DNA of 64,000 nucleotides. Source: the human T2T-CHM13v2.0 reference genome, Homo sapiens. Shown here piece by piece: positions 1 to 12,774 of this stretch. The notes under the pieces were generated by a model that worked only from the letters and a program-made list of their open reading frames with translations, did not search any database and had not been told where the DNA came from. Numbering within the stretch: the stretch's first letter is position 1; every line of letters starts with the position of its first letter. Made by a program: the position numbers and the translations under genes. The stretch is from NCBI RefSeq assembly GCF_009914755.1, contig NC_060929.1, one strand, 5' to 3'.

Positions 1-204
1 AGGGTTCACGCCATTCTGCCTCAGCCTCCCAAGTAGCTGGGACTAAAGGCGCCCGCCACCACGCCCAGCTAATATTTTGCATTTTTAGTAGAGATGGGGT
101 TTCACCGTGTTAGCCAGTATGTTCTCGATCTCCTGACCTTGTGATCCGCCCGCCTCAGACTCCCAAAGTGCTGGGATTACAGGCGTGAGCCACCGCGCCC
201 GGCT
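1..204 (-). mobile_element. AluY-like SINE, cut by window edge
   Basis: Reverse-complement Alu: gggttcacgccatt...ctcgatctcctgacc...gccaccgcgcccggc. AluY-type diagnostics, many CpGs retained. Confidence 0.95.
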
Positions 205-702
205 GATCTACCCCCATCTTTCTCTCTGTTCTTACCTGGTGCTCCTCTTCTCCCTGTGTAACCTCTAAGCTCCAATCATACCAGCCTTTCTGTCCCTAGC
301 ACACCTAAGCTGCTCCTGCCTATGTGCTATTGGGTCAAGCTGTTTTGGTGGGCTAGAATGCGCTTTTCAGTTTCCCCCCTTGCACCCACACACCTTAGAT
401 TTCAGGTTTCCTTGGCACCGTAAGCTTGGAAAAATTTAGGTATCACTGTTGTAAGCTCTCATATGACCCTGTCCTCCTCCTTGTACAGTACTTATTACAA
501 AAGTCACTAACGTTTGGTATTCATTACCTTAAACTCTGATTACTTTTGTGCTGTTCACTTTCTGAGGACAGGTACCGTCTCTGTCTTATCTAACCAGATA
601 TTCCCAGCAGAGAATGTAGCCTCTTCCATATTAAGGGTGAGTCATACATATATGTAGAATTGAATTAAAAATATACTCAACGTATTTGTTGAATTGAATT
701 GA
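205..702 (+). mobile_element. L2 3' remnant
   Basis: Pyrimidine-rich L2-like body ending in tactcaacgtatttgttgaattgaattga, which resembles the L2 3' terminus. Confidence 0.6.
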
Positions 703-704
703 TG

Positions 705-870
705 TTAACATTTATGTGAAACATGACTTTGTGTCAGTCACTGGCGGGCATTTACTATATATTATCTCATTTAATTCACACAAAATCATTTGGGAATACA
801 TGCTTTTAGATAGGCAAACTTTATTATTGTTGTTATTCGTTTACTAGGAATTTTTAGGCAAAGCAAGTGC
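705..870 (-). mobile_element. MIR remnant
   Basis: aacatttatgtg...tgtgtcagtcactg...attatctcatttaattcacac resembles the reverse complement of the MIR 3' half. Confidence 0.6.
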
Positions 871-932
871 ATAAACACCAGGTGAGTGGTCTTAAATGCC
901 ATGTTAAGGATTTGGAACTTTTTACTAAACAC

Positions 933-1177
933 CAGTGATTCTCCATACTTTAGGAAATCAGAATCACCTGGAGGATTAAAAACAACAAAAAAGCAATGCC
1001 CGCATATAATTGGTTTAGGATTCAGCAAGTCATTTTATAAAACTTCCCCAAATAGACTTTTTTGTTGTTGTTCTTTGTTTTTTTATACTTTAAGTTCTGG
1101 GATTCATGTGCAGAACATGCAGGTTTGTTACATAGGTATCCCAAGTAGTTTTAATGCACAGCACTGATTGGGACACT
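933..1177. mobile_element. MER5-family (hAT-Charlie) MITE interrupted by an L1 stub
   Basis: cagtgattctcc...atcagaatcacctggagg...aaaacttccccaa/tag...tttaatgcacag matches the MER5A/B layout. Confidence 0.6.
1058..1139 (-). mobile_element. L1PA (L1PA7/8-like) extreme 3' stub
   Basis: T-rich tail plus ttatactttaagttctggga...gcagaacatgcaggtttgttacataggtat. Flanked by degenerate TSD cccaaatag / cccaagtag. Confidence 0.9.
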
Positions 1178-1182
1178 AAAAA

Positions 1183-1358
1183 GTAGTGATGCTAGCCCAG
1201 CAGCATTAACACCACCTGTGAACTAGTAAGAAATGCAGATATCTGGGCCCCTTCCCAGTTTCACTTAATAAGAAAAGGGAGGGGGGAGTCCCCAGCAATC
1301 TGTATCTTAGCAAGCCTTTCAAATGAATCTCATGCCCTTTAAAGTTTGAGAACCTCTG
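1183..1358. mobile_element. MER5A MITE
   Basis: cagcagcattaacaccacctgtgaactagtaagaaatgcagat...cagcaatctgt...aaagtttgagaacctctg. Confidence 0.8.
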
Positions 1359-1429
1359 TTATAAACAATTGGAAACTTAAAAAGCTTTGTACTTTTGTGT
1401 TTTACAAAAGAACTTTGGTAGATACGTGG

Positions 1430-1860
1430 GAGACTGAATAAATAAGGGACAAACCAGAGGGTAAGGCAACCTGTTAGAGCTGTTACCTTTAGAAGTATCA
1501 TGTGGAGGTAAGAAGATGGCAATAAGAACTAGAGTGGTGGTTATAGGAAGGAAGGAAGGTGGTGGGATCAGGAGATGTTTCAAAAACAGAAATGGTGAAA
1601 TATGGTGACTGATTGGCTTGAAGAGGTTGAGGGAGAGAGTGAGGTCAAAGAAAATATAATTTCTTTCTGAGTTAGTTAAGTGACATCATGAAACAAGGCA
1701 GAAATGTGTTTAGAAAGTGTAAGTTGGGGGAAACCATAAAAGTATTGAATATAAGGTGTCTTCAAGCATCTAGTAAGAGATGTTTTTGTCTCGTTGGAAA
1801 TTTGGTTTCTGGAACTTTGGAAACAAATGGGGAGTAAGGAGTGGTGTTGGAAGTTCTCAC
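1430..1860 (-). mobile_element. L2 remnant
   Basis: Purine-rich tggtgactgattgg...gagggagagagtgaggtcaaaga, typical of antisense L2. Confidence 0.5.
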
Positions 1861-2189
1861 CATTGTATTTAACTTTTTAAAAATCATTCAAGTGGTTATA
1901 TATGTACTAAATTATTTTTTTAACATGTTCGTTTTATTTCAAATTGAGCCAAAGATGTTGAACTTTACACAAACTATAATCTCTTACATTGGATCATTTA
2001 TATGAAGTTATTTTTAATAATTATTAGAATTTATGGAATATGTTAGCAGAATTATGGTAAAGCAAAGTTTGCATTTTGTAAATTTACTGTTCCATTCTTG
2101 GGTCAAGTGTACAGTGAACACATTCATTTTCAGAGAAAGAACTGAGAGGACACAAGCAAGAATACATTTCACATTTCAGCTGTTAAAGG

Positions 2190-2437
2190 AGGCAATTTTG
2201 TGTCATGTAAGCTCACAGATCCTGGAGCCAGACTGAGCTCTGTCCACATGTAGAAGGTGTGACTTTGAACAGACGTTACTTAAACTCTGAGCGTCTTCAT
2301 TTCCTAATATGCAAAATGGAGAAATTAGTATTATTCATCTCAGGCTTTTTGTAAGCATTGAATGAGTTAAAACCTGTAAAAGTACTTTGAATAGCGCCTA
2401 GAATTTAATTCGCAATCATTAGTGTAAGCTCTTATTA
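2190..2437 (+). mobile_element. MIR, near full length
   Basis: ctggagccagactg...gtgtgactttgaac...ttacttaaactctgag...catttcctaatatgcaaaatggag...tgaatgagttaa. Confidence 0.85.
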
Positions 2438-3381
2438 ATATCAATTTTTTATTCTCTACTTAGTCTTATTTTCTAAATCGTTGCTATTAACAGTTTCTGA
2501 GTTTTTTAATGTGGTTTCTGTTAGTTTTATGAACTGCTGAACATCAAAGGGAATGATTATAAACTAGTGATTTCTAGGAATTAAATTTTGAACCATTCAT
2601 GGAGAAAATGGAGAAAGGCATCACAAATGTAGTATAATTTCTAAATAAATAGCAACTAAAAATTACTTTCCAAGTTAGACACATGCCATTTTTTAGGTCA
2701 AAGTTGCGGGTCAGAAAGGTACTGGGCTCCAGATTCTTCACAGCTTGAAATCTTACTTCATTCATCATTCTGAGCATAGTCAGTAGCAAATCAATAATTT
2801 ACTTGAAAAGAAACAAGTAACTTACTACTCTTTTGATATGTGGTATAGAGGTCAAGAATATATCTTAAAAACTCTATATCAAAAGTTATAAATAAGATAA
2901 CTACCAAGCAAAGGCTGATTATAATTAATAATAATAATGATAAATCCCAGCAGATATATTTGACCCCTGTAATGAGAAGAAGGTAACACCTCTGGAAGCA
3001 GAAAAAAATCTTACTCTTCCATCTGAGATTTGTAAATTAAGGCTGTTCATTACTGCTGTTGAATTATAATGATCTGAATTTCACTTAAAATCTCTTAATT
3101 TAGAAATCATTATGCTGGTGGAAAGGCCAAGGAGAAATGCTTCATCCTTAGCATTTTATTTATCCTCCTCAAAATAGTTTTACCATCCTTATTTTTCAAT
3201 CTATTTCAAGTGGGGTTGGGAGCTGGCAGAAGAAGAATAGATGTAGTTCTTGGTATTTGCATCTCTAGGTCCCGCCAGACCCACACAGCTCTTCTGACTT
3301 GAGCATGTTCCAGCCATGTTCTAAATGTAGCTACCATTATCCCGTGCTGTCTAGAGTTCTTATGTTCTGGGACCTGAGACA

Positions 3382-3581
3382 TATTTTCTGTACCTTTCAC
3401 TAAGCACAGGAAATCTATCCCAACTATGGGGACAGATCTGTCCCAACTGTGGGGACAAAACTGCCTCCTTTAACAGCTAAAATGTGAATGTAAATTTTTC
3501 TATACCTTTCACTAAGCCCAGGAAATCTGTGCCCAATTATGGGGACAGATTTCCTGGGCTTAGTGAAAGGTACAGAAAATA
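3382..3581. repeat. Direct plus inverted duplication complex with a 35-bp-arm hairpin
   Basis: 3496-3530 pairs with 3545-3579 at 34/35 positions. A second direct copy of the left arm begins at about 3382. Perfect 16-bp palindrome gggacagatctgtccc at 3429-3444. Confidence 0.95.
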
Positions 3582-3597
3582 GGCTACTGTATGGTCT

Positions 3598-3627
3598 AAA
3601 TGCCTAAACTCAAAATGCCTAAACTCA
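3598..3627. repeat. 15-bp tandem duplication
   Basis: (aaatgcctaaactca)x2, exact. Confidence 0.9.
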
Positions 3628-5288
3628 GCTTGAACAAGACCCCAGTCAGCTTCACTCCTGGAAGAAAACTATTGTGCAGCTCTTAGCAAGGAAATTTGTA
3701 TTTGATACTTCCTAGGGGACCCGTAGTTCCTTCAGAGTTACGAATCCCTTGGTGAGTGAATGGAAAATCCAACCAATTATAGAGCATTTCAGAGAAAAAA
3801 ATGTTGGCTATTCTCAGGAAATGTTGGGTATTTCCAGTATTCATATCTCCCATCTATGGAACTGGAGTTCTCTAAGCCATTATAGTGAGTCTCTGGCTTG
3901 GGATTTATTAAATTATTCATGTATGGTAGATATTTCCAGGTTGCTGCTATCATTATTGGCAAATTTGGCAAAATAGATCAATTTGCTTTTGATTTAAGAA
4001 CTAAAATAGTATCATATCTGTGAAAAATCCTTTGCTATTCCTCACCGTAAAAATACTTGAGGAAAGTCCTATTTCAGTTCACTTGCACTCACACAGCTCC
4101 AATTTACTTCAGTACAACTTACTGGAATCTAGTAACAGAAATCATCATATATTTGATACCTGGGATGAGAAATGAGCAGATCTGAAGTAATTTTCTTTTA
4201 TAATTTAACCACAGCCTGCTTTGAATTGTTAACAAGGTGTGATAATTTATATATTTAAAATAAACATTTATGATAAGAAACTGCCCACATACTTTATTTG
4301 AAGGGTAATTACCCTTCATATACTCCATAATTCACCAGCTTTGATGAAGGTGGCAGTGAGTTATTACGGTCTTTACTTTGTCAGAAAGACTTTAATAGCT
4401 TTGTCATGCCACTGGTGTCATAAAGTTATGGAATGTATGCAAGACATAATAACTCTATTTATTTTTGATAGAAACTACGTTTCTCTCCTCAGCTGGTCAG
4501 TAATTCACATTTAAGAATTTTAAAATGGTTGCTTTGTATCTCTAGATTATATTTCCACTCACAATAGAGATGAAATGCCTTACCTATTTTTATATAATTT
4601 TAAAAAGCACAAAGGATCCTCACAAATTAATTTTTGTTAAGTATAGTGGAATCCTTTTTTGACACCACTGAGTAACAGATCATAACATCTGTATTATGGG
4701 CCAGTGGTGTTACATCTGATTTTTGATGATATGAAGTTAAATATTATGCTGGAGGAGGGTCATACTTTTACCTGAGACATATTGCTTTGTTCTTATTCCA
4801 TTTGGCTGGAATTCTTCCTATTAAGTAACTATTATTTTAATAACAAAGTTGTGAGTGTTGTGGTGGCATTATTAAAATACATATGTGTCATCTGAAAGTG
4901 GAGATAAAATGTGTTCATTGTCAGGGGAACATGTCAGATGCAGTGACAGAAATTTGGTGGCTCAGTGCTCTGTTGGTTGACACTAACGGTCAGAGGCTAG
5001 GTGTGAAGAAACTGGAAGAGTATTTATGGATGACATTACCAAAGAGAGATGGACTTTGATAGAGAAAAGTTAGCTAATACTGGCATTATTGGGAGTTATA
5101 CCTTACGTCATAGGTATAAACAGTACTTTTGTTTTTTAATTTGGGTTTTAAAAGCATGTGGTGAAAGATAATGAAATAGATCCTTGGCTGTTAAAAATTC
5201 AGTATAGAGACTGAATTTGAGGATAATTGATTTTTTAAAAATCAGAAGACATGTTTACTGGAAGTTGGAATTTTAAAAGCAAAACTTA

Positions 5289-5844
5289 TCTAGCAATTTG
5301 ATTTCTGGATATGTACCCAAAAGAATTGAATGCAGAGACTCGAATAGACATGTGTATGCCAGTGTTTATTGTAGCATTATTCGTAATAGCCAAAAGGTGG
5401 AAACAACCTAAGTGGTTGTCAGCAGATGAATGGATAAACAAAATGTGGAATATGCATATGATGTAATATCATTCAGCATTAAAAAGGAATGAAATTCTGA
5501 CACGTGCTACAACATGGCTGATCCTTGAAGACATTACGCTAGGTGAAATAAGCGAGACACAAAAGGACAAATGTGGTATGATTTCACTTACTTGAAGTAC
5601 CTAGAGTAGTCAGATTCAAGACAGAAGATAGAATGCTAGTTGCTCGGGGCTGGGAGGAAGAGAGAATGTGGAGTTACTATTTAATAGGTACAGAGTTTCA
5701 GTTTGGGAAGATAAACAAGTTCTTGGAGATGGATGGTGGTAATGGTTGTGCAACAGTGTGACTGTAATTAATGGGACTGAACTGTATACCTAAAAATGGT
5801 TAAAGTGGCTAATTCTATGTTATGTATACTTTGCCACAATAAAA
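5289..5844 (+). mobile_element. L1MB-type LINE-1 3' end (ORF2 tail and 3'UTR)
   Basis: gccaaaaggtggaaacaacc...gatgaatggataaacaaaatgtgg...ggtacagagtttcagtttggg...aataaaa. TSD agcaaaactta at 5278-5288 and 5846-5856. Confidence 0.92.
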
Positions 5845-6574
5845 TAGCAAAACTTACTAAAATGGCATTATAAAGTAATAAAGTGCTTCCAGTCCTTTAG
5901 AAAAGAAACTAACAAGACAAATGTAAGGGTTAGCTAATTATTCATATTCATAAATATTCAGTAGTTATCATTAGACTAAATTTGGGAAAAATACAATTTT
6001 CTTATCTTGTATGTGATCTGGGGAATGATTTGCCCATATTTAAAAAATATTTTATTTCAGTACTTGACATAATTCTTGGAACATGGAAGATGCTCAGTAA
6101 ATATTTGTTGATTGTTATTTGTTTATTCAGGAAATTATAGACATAGCTTCATGTGCAAAATAATCAGCTTAACTGCAACTCTTAAAGTCTGCTTACATGC
6201 TCAGTGAACAGATAGAAAACACAGCATTTAAAATACAAATAATTAAAACATGTCCTGTCCGACATAGGAGATTATGGAAACGAATGTGTCCTGGCTATGC
6301 CGCAAATTTTTGTTGTTGATATAAAAAAACAGTAACTTTATCTGAGGATGGACAATTGGTTTGGCTGAAAGACTGCCTCTAGGATCGATAGTGCTATTAT
6401 TCCCATTGTATAGATGCACAAAGAGGTTTAGAGAGATCACAGCAGAGCTTGTAGCCATCTTACTGCTTATTTTACAATGACAGTAGCTTTCAATAAGCCT
6501 GTGGTTCTTATGAGGATGATTTGACTATTATCCTGGGAATAGATCTAAGTGATGAGAAACCTATCCTAATAGTG

Positions 6575-6624
6575 TGGTATTAGGTTAGATAGAGCTTCTT
6601 CATATGGTATTAGGTTAGACAGAG
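6575..6624. repeat. 30-bp-period tandem duplication
   Basis: tggtattaggttagatagag and tggtattaggttagacagag (19/20 identical). Confidence 0.85.
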
Positions 6625-6819
6625 ATACTTTTGCCAGGTAGAGAAGCGATGCCTCTCTCTTCATTTCTGTGGGCATAGAATCAATTTTAGCCTCTTACAG
6701 AACACTATTTTCATTATTCTCAGCAGTGCTATTCTAGTTATCAGAAACTGAGCATCAGATATAAGAAGTCACATAATTTTATTTTTCTGAGCAATTATAT
6801 TTCCCCCCATTGTTTTCTT

Positions 6820-7620
6820 GAATTATACTTGTTCATTATGAAAAATTGTCAAATGCAAAAAAACATAAGCACAAAGAAGACAATATTTTTAAATTACCCA
6901 TTATTTTACTACCCAGAGATAAGCACTGATATCATTTGTTTGTGTGTCAGCCATTCTGCTGTTCTGTTCATGCATATATGCACATATACAAACAGAGATT
7001 CAAAACCATAAGACATAAAATTAAGATAACTGAGCAATATTTTTCACTGAGCATTAGATAGTGAACATTTTCTCCTGTCACTAAATGTTCTTTTACAGCT
7101 GCATCTAAGTAGCTGCATTACATTTTATTTTATGCCTCTATCAGTCCTCTATTATTGGGATCTTAGAAATTTGTTTTTGCTGTTATAAATGACACTCTGA
7201 TGAAAATACTTTTAGATTAATTTTTTCCTATCTCTACTTTCTTAAAATAAATTTCTAGAAGTAAAATTAAGTAGAAGAGTGTGGATATTTTTATGTGTTT
7301 GATACGTATATGCCAAATTGTTCTTTAAAAAAGCCATGTGACAGTTTATATTTCTGTGGCAGTCTGTATGAGAACACCCATTTCCCAGCCTGAAATTAGC
7401 TTTCTTTTTTTTAACTGCCAATTCAAGAATACGTTATAACTTGGATTGATAACATGAACATTTTTTATATTATTTTTGAACATTTTCATATTATTTTTAC
7501 TTCTACATGTGGTTACTCTGTTGATGTTTTCCTCTTTTCTTTTATATTTGTAAGACTTATTTATGTGTTAAAGACATTAACCCAGTTGTATTTTATTTCT
7601 TTTGCAACTACTTTTTCTCC
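6820..7620 (-). mobile_element. Old L1 (L1ME-like) remnant
   Basis: tttttgctgttataaat...taaatttctagaagtaaaatt...tatgccaaattgttct...cagtctgtatgagaacacccatttcc matches an antisense L1 ORF2 end. Confidence 0.7.
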
Positions 7621-9269
7621 AGCAGATTCTTCTGTTTTCAACATTTTGCCAAGTGTTACTGAAGAAAAAATAAAATAAATTTTAAAACCAAACCAAAAAA
7701 CCTCTTTAGATAGCTAACTTTATTTGGGGTTTGTTTCTGAATGCAAGATAGGCATACTGTAGTAAATTCCCTTCTTTCAACCCTGGGTTGAAATCCTGTC
7801 AATTAATTAGTTGTATTTAGTCTTACAATAGATAAACCAGGTAGTTTCACATAGCCTGTTTCTAGGGTTTTATCTAGGACATCGTAGGAGTTTCTTGAAG
7901 GAAAATATAGCTATAGGGAACATTTTAATTTGGATCTGCTTCATTACTCCAAATATTGTTGAAACAACACCAGATGTCATCTTTACTGGGCAATATACAA
8001 ACATTGGGAGAAGTTGTACCCATACTAATAAGGGTGAACATAAAAAATGGACTATTGCTCAGATTTGTGTTCTTTACAGCAGAGTGTTTGACAAACTCTT
8101 TGATCCTTCTTTTTTTTCACAAGTGGAGATTAGAGCCATTTATTGTTTGGGGGTTGTAATTTATATTTAAACATGGTATGTATGGAATTTAGGAAATTCA
8201 CCTTAGACATATGAAGCTTAACATTAATGTGTGTGTATATGTGGGTTTGTGTATATGCTGGAGGGAATAAGAAGTGACAAAAGTAATCTAAAATCTTAAT
8301 GTTGAGAAAAATATTAAAGGTAAATGAAATCTTTATTGTCATAAACTGCTCTCCAATCCAGTACTGATAAACGACGTGGGGAAAGACTATGGAGGTTACT
8401 TTCAAAACAAACATTTACCATGTTCCAGGAAATACATGTGTTTGTATAAAAAGCAGGTAGCAATTACATAAACTTTTTTCTTCTTTATCTATTTGCCAAG
8501 CAATTGGCTGTTAAGGTCTTTTTGGTTGCCTTTGGGCACTTTGTGTGCACTCTTTTCTGCTTTTAAAAACATAATGCATGGTAACCCATTTGCCACTGAC
8601 TGGCATTGTGAAGAGTTGGAATGGGGCAGTGTAATAACATGAAAGGCTGATGACAAATTTAGTATTTGTAATTTGGAATCTCTTCTCAGTACATTAGAAG
8701 TCTTCCCTATTTAAAGGAACCCTGAAACCATCATTTTATCAAGTGAAGAGTTTGTAACACATGATTACCATTGGTTTTCTTACAAATCAGAATACAGCTT
8801 CAGTTTTTGAGGCTCCTACCACAGTTATTATGGTGGTCTCTTACTGGCTGACACTTTGATTATGAGCAGGAAATGTGCTTTCTGCAGCCACACACACACA
8901 AAAAGTGACACAAAAGTATTAGGTCATACAGTAGCACGTAAGTTCAGAGTGCCTCCTAGTGGAGTCTAGTGTTGATCAAGTAACATTGGAATAATTTTTT
9001 CATTCCTCTAAAAAAATCTCCCCTTTGGCATCATGGTTGGTTATGAATCTTGGGCCTCATAGGAGCACAACATTCTCCACTAAAATAATGTTTTACTCAT
9101 ACTTTTTCCTTTCTTCCTTTAAAAATTAGGTAAGATACCTTCTCTGAATGTGTGAATTTTTTATAGAACACCGAAGATTCTTTGCGTTTAAAATTCCCTC
9201 CGTGTAAATTAAGTCCAAAGTGCCTAGGCTTTTCCATTTCTAATGTTTAAGTTAAAGACTTGTAAATTG

Positions 9270-9568
9270 GGCTGGGTGCAGTGGCTCATGCCTGTAACCC
9301 CTGCACTTTGGCAGATTCAGAGGATCCCTTGAGCCCAGGAGTTTGGGAGCAGTCTGAGCAACATAGGGAGACCCCTGTCTCTTCAAAAAAAAATGAAAAA
9401 AAAAAATAGCTGAGCATGGTGGCACACACCTGTGGTACTAGCTACTTGGGAGGCTGACGTGGGAGGATTGCTTGAGCCTGGGAGGTGGAGGCTGCAGTGA
9501 GCCTGATCACACCACTGCTCTCCAGCCTGGGTGACAGAGTGAGACACTGTCTCAAAACAAAACAACAA
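9270..9568 (+). mobile_element. AluJ
   Basis: Dimeric Alu with J-type aggattgcttgagcc and gaggctgcagtgagc. CpGs decayed, left-arm deletion. Confidence 0.93.
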
Positions 9569-10853
9569 CCAAAGACACTTGTCAGTGGAAATGTTTGAAA
9601 TTTTGGAACTATTAGAATGTATTTAACTAAAACAGCTATTGCTTAAATGCAGCATTTTAAGTACTGTTTTTTTTCAAAGCTCAGACAAGCAGCAATATAG
9701 AAATATCCCTGGTCATTTAAGAAACTGAGCCAGGAACAGATTTTAAAACACTTTTGAAAATATTAAATGCTTTAAGTAATTATAGCAAGTATTTTATCCT
9801 AAGTTTATATACACAATTAATTTATCAATTTGTAGTGATTATAGTAAGAGAAGATTACTTTTATACTTAGAATAAAAAACTTTTAAAGTCAGCAATATGT
9901 GAAATATGTATTGAATATATTATGCTATATTTATCTGAGTATTTTGGTTTAACAAATTAAATGCATATTTTTTTCTTTTTAAAAAATGTATTGACCATAT
10001 TTATATAACTACTTATCTTTTTATTTGGTAGATTTAAGTAAAATTTATTATTTATTTAACACTTTTGAATTTATATTATACTTGAAGTGGTTTATTTATC
10101 CTTGGCCAGCTACCCCCTTGAGACTCTGGCTTTCTATTTTATAGAACTATTTTAATGATAGTTTAAACATGTATACCTGTTACTGGTTATTTTCTGTTCC
10201 CCTTATCTTGGGAGTTCAGCATAATGCTGTGCGGATCAGGATAACAAGGTCCCACTGAGGTGAAGGAGGGAGGCTGGGAATGGCTACAGCCTGGAGTGGA
10301 GGTGTGATTTCAGTAGGTGGAAGGTTGTCTTCCTGAAAGGAATTGGCAGAAGTAGATTCTTACTGATTCAGATACATTTTCCACCAACTGAAGGAAGGAA
10401 TTATTAAAGCCAATGGTGAACAAAGCATTTCAAGCATTTTATAGGAAGTGACTAGATGAGGAGATTTTTTTCATTCCTTTTTTAATCAGCAAAAAAGAAA
10501 TTAGTATTATTGAATTAGCAGATTCTTCCTATTCTATATTAAGAAAGATTTAATTTTTGTACCAAGGAAGGTTAGGTGAAAAAAAAAGATTTATTTTTTT
10601 TGTAGAAAACTGAAGATAGTTTGATTCAATATGAAACAGTGATATTTATATTTATGCTGATTCCACCACCAAAAAATTATTACATGTACAAATTAAATAG
10701 AGATTATCAGCTTAAAAAATATAGAACATTTACATGTGGCTATGAACATTCTGATGCTAATTTTTTTGTTTGATGACTATGTACTTTAAAATCTGGCATT
10801 GTCTTTCATGAGATTTACAAGTCCTGTGTCCATTGTGTTGTTTACTTAGGTTA

Positions 10854-11357
<504 letters not shown>

Positions 11358-12407
11358 TCAAAAATTACTATTGAGATTTTTGCAGGAACCAAATGAGACA
11401 GGAAGAAATGTTTTAAACTGCTGTCTAACCTCTAATACTGGTGATGCCGTTTTTGGAGTACCACTAACAGTTTAAAAGTGCTTATCAGAGCAACTCTCGC
11501 TGCTTTAATTTGCGTGTACAGATTGCTGTTAGTGTTGTTACTATCTGTTTTGTATCAGGCTAGCTAATTTCCTTGTTTATTAACTAAATGACTTTCTTAA
11601 TGGCTACCCTTTTGACAAATGAAAAAATCTTAGCTGCTCTGAGAGGGAAAACCAAAATTAAAAATTCACAGTGAAAGGGATGAGGAACATACGTATTTGT
11701 GCTGCTGCCGTGTGGTTGGTGTGAGAGAAAAATCTGGTGATTGACCTTGATCCCTAACTGAAAGTCACAAAAATATGTATAATTTGGTCTTCAGCCATAA
11801 AATAAATGGCAACTCTCTTCACTTAAAGCAGGGATTTTCATTCCTTTGTTTTGGGTGCGGAAAAGGGAATCTTTTCCAACCTCATTATCAGAGAGTTTAG
11901 TGCATTTTTTCCTGAAATGTTTTACAATTTCCATTTTGTCAGACACATTTTGTTGGAGTTCATAGTTTATTAACCATGAGTTATTTTTTTTAGTTTATAC
12001 TTGAAGATTTAGAGGCCTGTGATATTTTGTTTAAAGGCTTCTAAATGATCCAAACAAATCAGAATATGCACCAGCCTCAGCAAAAACTCCTGTGATCTGT
12101 TGACAGATTTTTGGATCTGGGCCCTTGGAAGAGGCACTGGACATTTGTAACAGGAGGTAATTTGAGATCTGTACAAACAAGTTTTTATTTGTTCAAGTTA
12201 ATGAGGGCAACACCAGTGGAGTTGGACCCTCTGTAGCTAATAGTCTGTGAGCTCCATGGGCCCTTCACGAAGTCAGTCTCCAAAGGTCACCCGCAATCCA
12301 TGTTAGGAACCAGGTTTGTCGGTCAATAGTCTAGGACTCATAGATCGATCTGTGCCTCTGCAACCAGGGAATCTGACATGGTACCAAAATGTTTATTTAT
12401 TTCCCAG

Positions 12408-12482
12408 ATGTCATCCCAGAGTTTGGGCAATGAGATTGGATATTTGCAGTTCCACACAGTGGAAATTCACCTTTTAAATAAG
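12408..12482 (+). other. Candidate cryptic 75-nt exon (GC donor) or 137-nt exon (GT donor after 12544)
   Basis: Branchpoint CTGAC at 12373-12377 and an AG-free T-rich tract ending ttcccag. Donors AAG|gcaaga or TTG|gtaaga. Confidence 0.2.
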
Positions 12483-12774
12483 GCAAGAAAAATTGATCTT
12501 CCTAGTGTCTGGTAGGAGTCTGGTAGGAGTCATCTTTGCTCTTGGTAAGATTATAATTCTCTTACCTGTTTATTGTCATTTTTTTGAGCACCACAGTCAG
12601 CCAAATAAGATTAGAGAAAATTGTGAAAGAGAAAGCATTTCTTTCAATTCAGTCCTTTCATTCAACTCTCTTTGTACTTTGCCTCCTTCATTTTCTTTCG
12701 TTTGCTCATCACATTCAGAAGCTCACATTCCCTCATCTTACATGAGGGAAGCTATAAATTTCCCTTTTTGAAAT

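Noticed and set aside
4117-4200. Possible - strand exon (acttac...ctgaag)
   Set aside because: The acceptor lacks a pyrimidine tract, and the better splice signals are on +.
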